A stretch of DNA of 64,000 nt, taken from Actinomycetes bacterium (GTDB taxonomy: Bacteria; Actinomycetota; Actinomycetes; Mycobacteriales; Mycobacteriaceae). The stretch lies in contig JAEZKH010000318.1 of the NCBI GenBank assembly GCA_023415515.1, forward strand, positions 242 through 64,241, read 5' to 3'. Positions 24,977 through 33,459 of the stretch are shown one piece after another (the first letter of the stretch is position 1; every line of letters starts with the position of its first letter). Both the position numbers and the translations under genes were made by a program. The notes under the pieces were generated by a model. The model saw nothing but the letters and a program-made list of their open reading frames with translations, was not told where the DNA came from and made no database searches.

Positions 24977-26482
24977 TTACAGGCGTATCCAGGTCGTCTT
25001 GAGGCCCGTGTATTTGTCCAGTGCGTGCAGCGACAGGTCACGGCCGAAACCCGACTGCTTGAACCCGCCGAACGGCGTCTGCGAACTGAGCGCATCGACG
25101 GTGTTCACCGACACGGTCCCTGCCCGCAGTGCCGCCGCCACCGTGTGCGCACGGCGCAGGTCGTTGGTCCATACGGAGGCCGCCAAGCCGTAGACGGTGT
25201 CGTTGGCCATCCGGATCGCTTCGTCCTCGTCGTCGAATGTCTGCACCGCCAGCACCGGCCCGAATACCTCGTCGGTGATCAGCTCGGCCGACGGTTCCAG
25301 TCCCGTCACCACCGTGGGCTCCACGAAACACCCACGGCCGTCTACCGTTTCGCGCCGACCGCCGACTCGGATGTCACCGTCTCGGCCCACCCGCTCGATG
25401 AACCCGAGCACAGTTGCGGTGTGAGCCTCGTCGACGATGGCCCCTTGGACGGCCGTCGGATCCAGGGGGTTACCCGGCCGCATGGCCGCCGCGCGGGAGA
25501 CGAGGTCGGCGATGAAGTCGTCTGCGACGGATTTTTCGACGAGCAGCCGCGAGTTCGAGGAGCAGACGGCACCCTGGTTGTAGAAGGCGCCGAACAACGC
25601 CATCTCCACAGCCTGGTCAAGATCGGCGTCGGCGAAGACGAGGTTGGGGCTCTTGCCTCCGCACTCCAACCACACCTGTTTGAGGTTGGAGTCGGCCGCA
25701 TAGCGCAGAAAGCGTTTACCCGTCGCCGTCGACCCGGTGAACGCCAGCACGTCGACGTCGGGGTGCAAACCCAGTGCGGCGCCTGCCGTTTCACCCAGAC
25801 CGGGTACGACGTTGAGCACGCCCGGGGGCAGACCGGCTTCGGTCGCGAGTTCGGCCAGCCGAAGCGAGGACAGCGGTGCGCGTTCGGACGGCTTGAGCAC
25901 GACGCTGTTGCCCGCCGCGAGCGCGGGCGCCACTTTCCAGATCGCGAGATCCAGTGGGAAGTTCCAGGGCGTGACCGCGCCGACCACCCCAAGCGGCTCC
26001 CGGGTGACCAGCGCGAGGTTGCCTGGCTCTGTTGGAGCGATCTCGCCGTTGATCTTGTCCAGAGCCTCGCCGTAGTACGCGACAAGCCCTGCGGCCGACG
26101 GCACGTCCACAGTGAACGCCTCGTTGACCAGTTTGCCCATGTCCATCGAGTCGAGCAGTGCCAATTCCACACTGTTCTCATTGATCAACTCGGCCAGCCG
26201 TAGCAACACGCGCTTGCGCTCGCTCACCGAACTACGCGACCAGTCACCGGTCTCGAAAGCCCTTCTGGCAGAGACCACAGCGGCATCGACGTCCGCCGAT
26301 TGACCGGACGCCACCGAAGCAAGACGATCTCCGGTGGCCGGGTTGATCGACGCGAAAGTCTCCCCGGACTCGGCGGGACGGAACGCCCCATCGATGTAGA
26401 TGCCGTCTCGCGGCCGAACATCAGCCGCACACCGTGTCCAGTCCTCCAGCGTGGCGGGAGCGGCTCCGACGGTCGATGTCAC
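24977..26482 (-). CDS. NAD-dependent aldehyde dehydrogenase (PuuC/HinD-like), probable imidazole-4-acetaldehyde dehydrogenase
   Basis: TPWNFP, LKPSE, FTGST, LECGGKSP, catalytic YNQGAVCS, EVFGP, PFGGFKQSG; 23 nt downstream of the amine dehydrogenase. Confidence 0.88.
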   Translation of the reverse strand: MTSTVGAAPATLEDWTRCAADVRPRDGIYIDGAFRPAESGETFASINPATGDRLASVASGQSADVDAAVVSARRAFETGDWSRSSVSERKRVLLRLAELINENSVELALLDSMDMGKLVNEAFTVDVPSAAGLVAYYGEALDKINGEIAPTEPGNLALVTREPLGVVGAVTPWNFPLDLAIWKVAPALAAGNSVVLKPSERAPLSSLRLAELATEAGLPPGVLNVVPGLGETAGAALGLHPDVDVLAFTGSTATGKRFLRYAADSNLKQVWLECGGKSPNLVFADADLDQAVEMALFGAFYNQGAVCSSNSRLLVEKSVADDFIADLVSRAAAMRPGNPLDPTAVQGAIVDEAHTATVLGFIERVGRDGDIRVGGRRETVDGRGCFVEPTVVTGLEPSAELITDEVFGPVLAVQTFDDEDEAIRMANDTVYGLAASVWTNDLRRAHTVAAALRAGTVSVNTVDALSSQTPFGGFKQSGFGRDLSLHALDKYTGLKTTWIRL

Positions 26483-26505
26483 GTTCTCTCCTCTGATTCC
26501 TTGCG

Positions 26506-28620
26506 TCAGTTGCTAACGGGGGCGACCGGTTCGATGGGCAGCAGCCTGTCGGGTTCGGCGCAGAGTTCGGTGACCTCACGACGGAACGGCACCTCCGGCG
26601 GCGCCGGTCCGTCGAATTCCTCGGCGTAGCGGTGGCCCGCCCACACCGCGGCGGCGATCGTCGACGGCGCCCAGGCGTCGCCGACGGCCTTCACGCTTCT
26701 CAGCTCGGCCTGCTCCCATTCTGATTCGCGTGCCATCAGTTCGTCGAACAGTCGGTTCTCGGGCAGGCGTGCCGTCACCAGCACCACCGAATCCGCCTGC
26801 AGATGGTTTTCGTCGCCGGTGAACATGCACGACGTCGTGACGCCGTCGGCAGTGACCGCGGTGACCGCGACATTCGTGCGCACGTCGACGGCTGCGCGGA
26901 TGAGGCGTTTGCCGATGCGCATCACCTCCATCGTGTTGACGGTCCACTGCGACGCATACGAGGCCGGGGTCGCCAGCACGACCTCGAATCCTTCGGAGGC
27001 CAGCAGTTCCGAGACAACCCCGCCCATGTAGTAGTGGTCGTCGTCGAACACCACGACGCGACGGCCGCGCGGCCGGACGCCTGCCATGATCGCGTCGGGG
27101 TTCAACACATCGGCCGATTCGGCGATGTCGATGGGGTGGGTGTGGAAACGTCCCACCCCGTCGCTGCGCCAGTGCGAACCGGTGGCGATCAGCACATGGT
27201 CGAAGTCGTTCTCGATGATGTCGTCGGCCGTCATCTCGCTCTGCATGAAGACATCGATGTTCTCGAGCCTGCGGATCTGCTGCTCGCGGTAATCCACAAC
27301 CCGGATCCATGCCGAAAGCCCAGGGAGTTTGGACTCACGCCCGACGCGGCCGCCCAGAGCCCGCGTCGCCTCGGCAAGGCTGACGCGGTAGCCGCGGTTT
27401 CCCAGTGACCGCGCTGCCTCCATCCCCGCGGGGCCCGCGCCGACCACGAGAACGTGACTGTCCGACTCCTTGGCCCGGATGCGTTCCGGATGCCAGCCGC
27501 GCCGGAACTCCTCGCCCATGGTCGGGTTCTGCGTGCAGCGGATGGGGGACATGGTGAAGTCGCCGGACACACAGATGTTGCAGCCGATGCATTCGCGGAT
27601 GTCCTCGAGGTCGCCGACCTCGATCTTGCGCGGAAGGAACGGGTCGGCGATCGACGGCCTCGCTGCGCCGATCATGTCCAGCACGCCGCTCTTGATCTGA
27701 TGCACCATCATGTCCGGCGAGGTGAACCTGCCAACGCCCACAACGGGTTTGGTGGTGAGGCTCTTGAGACCGCGCACATACGGCTCCTGCTCGCCCTCGG
27801 GGCCGAACCGCGACGTCACCGAATCGTCCTCCCAGCTGCCCAGGACGAAGTCCCACAGATCGGGGTGCTCGCCGATGGTGCCGATGACCTCCTCGATGTC
27901 GGCGCGGTTGATTCCGCCGTCGCCGAGGAGTTCGTCGACGGTTATCCGGCAGGCGATCGCGGCCTTCCCGTCGGCCTCCTCGCGAGAGTCTTCGAGGACC
28001 TCGCGCAACAATCGCATTCGGTTGGTCATGCTGCCGCCGTACTCGTCGGTGCGGTTGTTGTACCGCCGCGACAGGAAGTGGTGCAGCCCGCCGAGCGCGT
28101 GTCCGGCGTACACATAGACGATGTCGTAGCCGGCCTGGATGGACCGGCGGACCGCGTCGCGGTGCCACCGCCGCAGGTCGGCGATATCGGATTTGGTCAT
28201 GGCTCGCGCCTGCACCGGATCGGCCGTGAACGTCGCCACCGGCAGATGCTGCGGGCTCAGCGGGGTCTCGCGACTGATCAGGTTGGGGCTGTTGAGCCCG
28301 TTGTGCGCCAACTCGATGCCCGCAAGGGCGCCGCCATCGTGGATCTTGTCGGAGATGCGTTGCAGCGCAGGAATATCCTGGTCGTCCCACAGTCGCAGCT
28401 CGATGAACGGCCCGATGTCCGATGTCGGATGGATCTCGACCTGCTCGGTGCAGACGACCGCCCAGCCGCCCTCGGCCTTGACCTGGCGCATGTACGCCTC
28501 GCCGGACGGGTCCCGGTAGCCCATGCCGTTGCAGTGGGGCACCTGGTAGAAGCGGTTACGCGCCGTCACCGGACCGATCTGCACCGGTTCGAAGAGGATG
28601 TCGTATCGCGACTCTCGCAT
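26506..28620 (-). CDS. Histamine dehydrogenase-like 6-S-cysteinyl-FMN/[4Fe-4S] flavoprotein (TMADH family)
   Basis: NRFYQVPHCNGMGYRDPS (FMN-linking Cys), TEQVEIH, PFIELRLWDDQD, ECIGCNICVSGD..MSPIRCTQNP (4Fe-4S), VPFRREVT. Matches my recollection of Nocardioides simplex HADH much better than TMADH. GGAG RBS before ATG 28620. Confidence 0.85.
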   Translation of the reverse strand: MRESRYDILFEPVQIGPVTARNRFYQVPHCNGMGYRDPSGEAYMRQVKAEGGWAVVCTEQVEIHPTSDIGPFIELRLWDDQDIPALQRISDKIHDGGALAGIELAHNGLNSPNLISRETPLSPQHLPVATFTADPVQARAMTKSDIADLRRWHRDAVRRSIQAGYDIVYVYAGHALGGLHHFLSRRYNNRTDEYGGSMTNRMRLLREVLEDSREEADGKAAIACRITVDELLGDGGINRADIEEVIGTIGEHPDLWDFVLGSWEDDSVTSRFGPEGEQEPYVRGLKSLTTKPVVGVGRFTSPDMMVHQIKSGVLDMIGAARPSIADPFLPRKIEVGDLEDIRECIGCNICVSGDFTMSPIRCTQNPTMGEEFRRGWHPERIRAKESDSHVLVVGAGPAGMEAARSLGNRGYRVSLAEATRALGGRVGRESKLPGLSAWIRVVDYREQQIRRLENIDVFMQSEMTADDIIENDFDHVLIATGSHWRSDGVGRFHTHPIDIAESADVLNPDAIMAGVRPRGRRVVVFDDDHYYMGGVVSELLASEGFEVVLATPASYASQWTVNTMEVMRIGKRLIRAAVDVRTNVAVTAVTADGVTTSCMFTGDENHLQADSVVLVTARLPENRLFDELMARESEWEQAELRSVKAVGDAWAPSTIAAAVWAGHRYAEEFDGPAPPEVPFRREVTELCAEPDRLLPIEPVAPVSN

Positions 28621-28690
28621 CGTGTTCTCCCGTGTCCGCGTCGTCAGCGCTTGCTCGATCTTCCACCAGCGCAGCGCGTGAGTGACTACA

Positions 28691-28757
28691 ACACTGCATT
28701 GGATCAGTGCATCTGTACAGCCGGGGTTTCCGAGCATTAGCATCGATCTGATCGATG
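28691..28757 (-). promoter_or_regulatory. LysR-type promoter 1 (amine dehydrogenase-ALDH operon; shared with lysR)
   Basis: Palindrome CATCG-N7-CGATG (28741-28757, T-N11-A); second ACAGATG half-site 31 nt downstream overlapping TGTACA(-35)-N17-CAGTGT(-10). Confidence 0.65.
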
Positions 28758-28771
28758 TCGACGGGAGGCGG

Positions 28772-29683
28772 ATGGCCGACTACACACTCCGGCAACTGGA
28801 GTACTTCGTCGCGGTGGCTGAGGCGGGCAGCGTGACCCATGCCGCCGCAGCGGTCCATCTGTCGCAATCGGCCATGTCGGCCGCGCTCGCCGACCTGGAG
28901 AACGCCCTTTCGGTGCAACTGCTCGTGCGCCACCACGCCAAGGGCATCACGCTCACGCCTGCGGGCAAGGAACTGCTCGTGGCGAGCCGCCAACTGCTGG
29001 CGTCGGCGGCGGATCTGCGCTCGGTAGCTCAGGGTCTGGGCGCGTCGTTGAGCGGCACGCTGTCCATCGGCTGCTTCGAAGTCGTTGCGCCCTACCTGCT
29101 GCCGGAATTGCTGGCCACGGCGGCCGAACGACTCCCGAACCTGCACCTGCAGACCACCGAAACCGACCTGGCGGATCTCGCCGAAGGAGTCGCGAGCGGA
29201 ACGTTCGAGCTGGGTATCGGATACGACCTCGTCGAGGATCCGCGGCTGAAACCGTGGCCGTTGTTCACCCTGCCGCCGTATGTCCTCGTCTCGGGGTCGC
29301 ATCGATTCGCGAAGCGGAAGAGCGTGCGGTTGGACCAGCTTGCCGACGAACCGATGGCGCTGCTGGACCTGCCCCACAGCCGCGACTACTTCCAGCGCGT
29401 CTTCGCCGCCGCGGGTGTCTCGCCAGACGTCCGTTTCCGGTCGACCACCGTCGAGACCTGCCGAGCGCTGGTCGGCCGCGGCCTGGCGTACACCGTGCTC
29501 AACCTGCACGCCGCGGTCCCGATGGCACTCGACGGGCACCCCGTCGCCGCGATTCCGATCAGCGGTGATCCACCCAGTCTGACTGTGGTCCTGCTGGAGT
29601 CGGTGACCATGCGTCCCACCCGTCGTGCCAGCGTGGTTGCCGAGCTGTGTCGCGATCTGTTCTCGACGCCGCGTGGCGTGTGA
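28772..29683 (+). CDS. LysR family regulator (HinK-like role inferred)
   Basis: YTLRQLEYFVAVAEAGSVTHAA, SQSAMSAALADLE, LTPAG; GGGAGG RBS before ATG 28772. Confidence 0.93.
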   Translation: MADYTLRQLEYFVAVAEAGSVTHAAAAVHLSQSAMSAALADLENALSVQLLVRHHAKGITLTPAGKELLVASRQLLASAADLRSVAQGLGASLSGTLSIGCFEVVAPYLLPELLATAAERLPNLHLQTTETDLADLAEGVASGTFELGIGYDLVEDPRLKPWPLFTLPPYVLVSGSHRFAKRKSVRLDQLADEPMALLDLPHSRDYFQRVFAAAGVSPDVRFRSTTVETCRALVGRGLAYTVLNLHAAVPMALDGHPVAAIPISGDPPSLTVVLLESVTMRPTRRASVVAELCRDLFSTPRGV

Positions 29684-29692
29684 CCGCCCCTA

Positions 29693-29759
29693 GTTCGGTT
29701 TCACAGATGCGGTACATCGAAGCTATGAGTTTTACAGATGCAATGTGCGGCTGAATCAT
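29693..29759 (+). promoter_or_regulatory. LysR-type promoter 2 (monooxygenase operon)
   Basis: GTTCG-N7-AGATG ending at 29709; ACAGATG ending at 29740 (+31); TTTACA(29731)-N17-AATCAT(29754); ATG follows after a 6-nt spacer. Confidence 0.6.
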
Positions 29760-29765
29760 GGAGGC

Positions 29766-31046
29766 ATGTCGAACCAGGAGACCGAAGTCGTCGTCGTCGG
29801 TGCCGGTCAGGCCGGGATCGCGATGAGCGAGCATCTCGGTTCGCATGGCATTTCGCACGTCGTCCTCGAACGCGACCGCGTCGCCGAGCGTTGGCGGACC
29901 GGGCGCTGGGACTCGCTGGTCGCCAACGGCCCCGCCTGGCATGACCGATTCCCGGGTCAGGAGTTCAGCATCGACCCGGACGCATTCGCGACAAAGGATC
30001 AGGTCGCCGAGTACTTCGTCGCCTACGCCGCGAAGATCGACGCGCCGATCCGTACCGGCATCGAGGTGACCTCGGTCCGAAAGGTCGACGGCACACCGGG
30101 TTTCCGCGTCGAGACGACAGCGGGTCCCATCGACGCGCGCTATGTGGTCGCCGCGACGGGGGCATTTCAGAAGCCGGTCATCCCGCCGGTCATCCCCGAC
30201 AGCGCCGGGATCCCGCAGATCCATTCGAGCTCCTACCGCAACCCGCAGCAGTTACCCGATGGCGCTGTCCTTGTCATCGGGGCAGGATCGTCGGGCGTGC
30301 AGATCGCCGATGAACTGCAGCAGTCGGGCCGACAGGTGTACCTCGCGGTCGGACCCCACGACCGTCCGCCGCGCTCCTACCGCGGCCGCGACTTCTGCTG
30401 GTGGCTGGGCGTTCTCGGCAAGTGGGACGCCGCCGCGCCTCCGCTGGGTGCTGAGCACGTCACCATCGCGGTCAGCGGAGCGCGCGGCGGCCACACCGTC
30501 GACTTCCGGGCACTGGCCGCCACCGGTATCACGCTCCTCGGTCGTGCGGTCGGATACGACGACGGTGTCGTCCGCTTCGCGCCGGATCTTCGCACCAACA
30601 TCGAGAACGGCGATGCCAACTACCTGTCCATGCTCGACGAGGCCGACGCCTACGTCGTGCGCAACGGACTCGATGTGCCCGAAGAGCCGCAAGCCCGGCT
30701 GCTCGGCCCCGATCCTGATTGCGTGACCAATCCCATCCTCGAACTCGATCTTGGGGCGTCGGGCGTCACGTCGGTCGTCTGGGCGACCGGGTTCCGGTTC
30801 GACTACAGCTGGCTGCAGGTCGACGCATTCGACGACAACGGCAGGCCGAAACACCAGCGCGGGGTGTCCACCGAACCCGGTATCTACTTCCTGGGACTGC
30901 CATGGCAGTCCAGGCGAGGCTCGAGTTTCATCTGGGGTGTGTGGCACGACGCCAAATATCTCGCCGACCAGATAGCGATCCAACGCAGCTACGCGGCGTA
31001 CGACACATCGAGGAACGACACACTCGCCGAACAGGTGGCCACATGA
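29766..31046 (+). CDS. Class B flavin-containing monooxygenase, HinF-like (probable imidazole-4-acetate monooxygenase)
   Basis: VVVGAGQAG, RWDSL, VVAATG, IHSSSYRNP, IGAGSSGVQIA, WATG, GIYFLG; first gene of an FMO-RidA-DUF1028-M20 operon. Confidence 0.85.
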   Translation: MSNQETEVVVVGAGQAGIAMSEHLGSHGISHVVLERDRVAERWRTGRWDSLVANGPAWHDRFPGQEFSIDPDAFATKDQVAEYFVAYAAKIDAPIRTGIEVTSVRKVDGTPGFRVETTAGPIDARYVVAATGAFQKPVIPPVIPDSAGIPQIHSSSYRNPQQLPDGAVLVIGAGSSGVQIADELQQSGRQVYLAVGPHDRPPRSYRGRDFCWWLGVLGKWDAAAPPLGAEHVTIAVSGARGGHTVDFRALAATGITLLGRAVGYDDGVVRFAPDLRTNIENGDANYLSMLDEADAYVVRNGLDVPEEPQARLLGPDPDCVTNPILELDLGASGVTSVVWATGFRFDYSWLQVDAFDDNGRPKHQRGVSTEPGIYFLGLPWQSRRGSSFIWGVWHDAKYLADQIAIQRSYAAYDTSRNDTLAEQVAT

Positions 31047-31492
31047 GCTCTGCGACACCATCTCCGGGGACGCATCGGCGGATCAGGCCGTTCAACACCA
31101 AGGACACCTACCCGGAACAGAATCTGGACAACGACCTCTGCCAGGCCGTCGTCGCCGGCGGTGTGGTCTATCTGCGGGGTCAGATCGGGCAGGACCTCGA
31201 CACGAGGGAATCGGTCGGCATCGGCGACGTGGAGGCACAAACCGAGAAGGCGATGAGCAACATCGCAATGCTCCTCGACGAAGCGGGCAGCCGGTTGTCC
31301 GACATCGTCAAGGTGACCGTGTACCTCGTCGACATCCGCTACCGCGAACCGGTCTACCGCGTCATGGGCCGCTGGCTCAAGGGCGTCTACCCGGTGTCCA
31401 CCGGACTCGTCGTGGACGCACTCGCGCGCCCGGAGTGGTTGGTCGAGATCGACGCCACCGCAGTGATCAGCGATCCGGAGGCCGGGTCGTGA
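31043..31492 (+). CDS. RidA/YjgF family protein, HinL-like
   Basis: HRRIRPFNTKDTYPEQNLDNDLCQAV, YLRGQIG, PVSTGLVV.ALARPEWLVEIDATA; ATGA overlap. Confidence 0.88.
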   Translation: MSSATPSPGTHRRIRPFNTKDTYPEQNLDNDLCQAVVAGGVVYLRGQIGQDLDTRESVGIGDVEAQTEKAMSNIAMLLDEAGSRLSDIVKVTVYLVDIRYREPVYRVMGRWLKGVYPVSTGLVVDALARPEWLVEIDATAVISDPEAGS

Positions 31493-32157
31493 CATTCTCG
31501 CTTGTGGTCCGCGACGGCGCGTCGTACGGGATGGTCATCTGCTCGTCGAGCCCGGCCGTCGCGTCCCGCTGTGTGCACCTGCGGCCGGGGGTAGGGGCGG
31601 TGGCCAGTCAGAACGTCACAAATCCGCATCTCGGAACCGTGGCGTTGGACGCCCTGGCCGACGGGGCCGACGCACACGCCGCTCTCGGTACGGCGCTGAC
31701 TGCTGAACAGCACCCGGACTATCGCCAGTTGGTCGTCGTCGACAAGGCCGGTGCGGTAGCCGTGCACAGCGGCGCCAACGCACTCGGCGTCTTTCATCAC
31801 GCGAGTACCCGAAACGCAGGCGCCGCAGGTAATCTGCTGCGCGAGCACGGTGTCATCGATGCAATGCTCTGCGGCTTCACCGATTCAACGGCGCCCACGA
31901 CCGAACAGCGGCTCCTCGATGGACTGACGGCCGCGATGGACGCGGGCGGGGAAGCCGGGCCGGTCCATTCGGCCGGTCTGCAGGTCACCGACGACGTGCC
32001 GTGGCCGGTCACCGATCTGCGCGTGGACTGGCACGATGATCCCGTAGGCGAACTACAGCGGTTGTGGGCCGTGTGGGAACCACAAAAGGCGGACTACCGG
32101 ACGCGCGGGCTCGACCCGACCACCGCCCCCTCCTACGGGGTGCCAGGCGATCTATGA
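31489..32157 (+). CDS. DUF1028 family putative Ntn hydrolase, HinH-like
   Basis: MTFSLV N-terminus (Thr2), SSSPAVASRC, GAVASQN, YRQL, AGNLL, AGGEAGPVHSAG, DLRVDW, SYGVPGD; GTGA overlap. Confidence 0.88.
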   Translation: MTFSLVVRDGASYGMVICSSSPAVASRCVHLRPGVGAVASQNVTNPHLGTVALDALADGADAHAALGTALTAEQHPDYRQLVVVDKAGAVAVHSGANALGVFHHASTRNAGAAGNLLREHGVIDAMLCGFTDSTAPTTEQRLLDGLTAAMDAGGEAGPVHSAGLQVTDDVPWPVTDLRVDWHDDPVGELQRLWAVWEPQKADYRTRGLDPTTAPSYGVPGDL

Positions 32158-33320
32158 CAACCGCTGCGGAGGACGTTGTTCGATCGGCGTGTGACGACAC
32201 GGCCGAGCGGATCCTCGCGCTGTCCCACGATCTGCACGCACACCCCGAAATCGCCTGGGAGGAAGTGAGATCCTGCGCGCGGGTGGCCGGTGAGCTGGCC
32301 GATGCGGGGTTCACGGTGGAGGACAACTTCACCGACCTGCCGACCGCGTTCGCGGCGCGGCGGGGCAGTGGTCCGCTCCACCTGGCGGTGTGCGCCGAGT
32401 ACGATGCCCTACCCGGCCTCGGCCACGCATGCGGGCACAACATCATCGCCGCGATTTCGACAGGTGCCGCCCTGGCGCTGGCCCCGTTGGTCGACGACCT
32501 CGGCATCACGTTGACGGTATTCGGCACCCCGGCCGAGGAGGGTGGCGGCGGCAAGATCGAGATGCTCGACCGCGGCGGATTCACCGGCGTACACGCCGCC
32601 GCGATGGTTCACCCCGGGCCTGTCGACGTGGCCCGCGCCGAACCGTATGCCGTGTCGCACAGCCACATCCGCTACGACGGCAAGGCTGCCCACGCGGCGG
32701 CATATCCCGATCGTGGAATCAATGCCGCCGACGCCTTCACGATCGCGCAGGTCGCCATCGGCCTGCTGCGTCAACAACTCTCGTCGGACGTTCGAGTGCA
32801 TGGCGTCATGACCAACGGTGGGGAAGCACCCAACGCGATTCCGCAGCGCACCGAAGGGCGCTGGTATGTACGGGCGCAATCGCTCGCCGAACTGACCGCG
32901 CTGGAGGAACGGGTCACCCGCTGCTTCGAGGCGGGCGCATTGGCGACGGGCTGCGAACTGACCGTCACACCGGAGAGCAAGCCGTACGCCGAGTTCCGCA
33001 CCGACGAACTGCTCCTCGACGCCTACGTCCGGCGTGCCGAAGAACTCGGTCGGCGGTTCAGCTCGGGATCCGACTCGTTGATGAATCGCGCATCGACTGA
33101 CATGGGCAATGTGTCGCAACAGATCTCGGCGATCCATCCCTACATCGGCATAGATTCGCTGCCCGCCGTCAATCATCAGCGCGAGTTCGCGGACGCGGCG
33201 ATCACCGCCGCGGCCGATCGCGCCACCGTGGACGGTGCGTGCGCGTTGGCGCTCACGCTTCTCGACGTGGCAACTGACCCGGACGCCAGGCAACGCCTGA
33301 TGGCCTCGGGTCAGCGGTGA
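32154..33320 (+). CDS. M20 metallo-amidohydrolase (ACY1L2/AbgB-like subgroup)
   Basis: LHAHPEIAWEE, AEYDALPGLGHACGHN, PAEEGGGGK, GKAAHAA, STDMGNVS; ATGA overlap. Confidence 0.9.
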   Translation: MTTAAEDVVRSACDDTAERILALSHDLHAHPEIAWEEVRSCARVAGELADAGFTVEDNFTDLPTAFAARRGSGPLHLAVCAEYDALPGLGHACGHNIIAAISTGAALALAPLVDDLGITLTVFGTPAEEGGGGKIEMLDRGGFTGVHAAAMVHPGPVDVARAEPYAVSHSHIRYDGKAAHAAAYPDRGINAADAFTIAQVAIGLLRQQLSSDVRVHGVMTNGGEAPNAIPQRTEGRWYVRAQSLAELTALEERVTRCFEAGALATGCELTVTPESKPYAEFRTDELLLDAYVRRAEELGRRFSSGSDSLMNRASTDMGNVSQQISAIHPYIGIDSLPAVNHQREFADAAITAAADRATVDGACALALTLLDVATDPDARQRLMASGQR

Positions 33321-33323
33321 AGG

Positions 33324-33391
33324 CATCGGATTTGGCGATGCAATATTCCAGTTTCTTCTGTTTTACAGCTGGCCTGCCGGGGGCGCATAGT
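33324..33391 (+). promoter_or_regulatory. LysR-type promoter 3 (permease-aspartase)
   Basis: CATCG-N7-CGATG (33324-33340); ACAGCTG ending at 33371 (+31); TTTACA(33362)-N18-CATAGT(33386). Confidence 0.62.
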
Positions 33392-33459
33392 GATTTCGTC
33401 ACCCGACCAGGCGTGATTGTGGTGTTCGTGCCACCTCGTCTCACACAACGGAGATCGCC

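Noticed and set aside
26506..28620. Trimethylamine/dimethylamine dehydrogenase call, suggested by the adjacent betaine/sarcosine genes
   Set aside because: The aromatic-bowl residues appear replaced, and the shared LysR sites link the gene to the hin-like operon instead.
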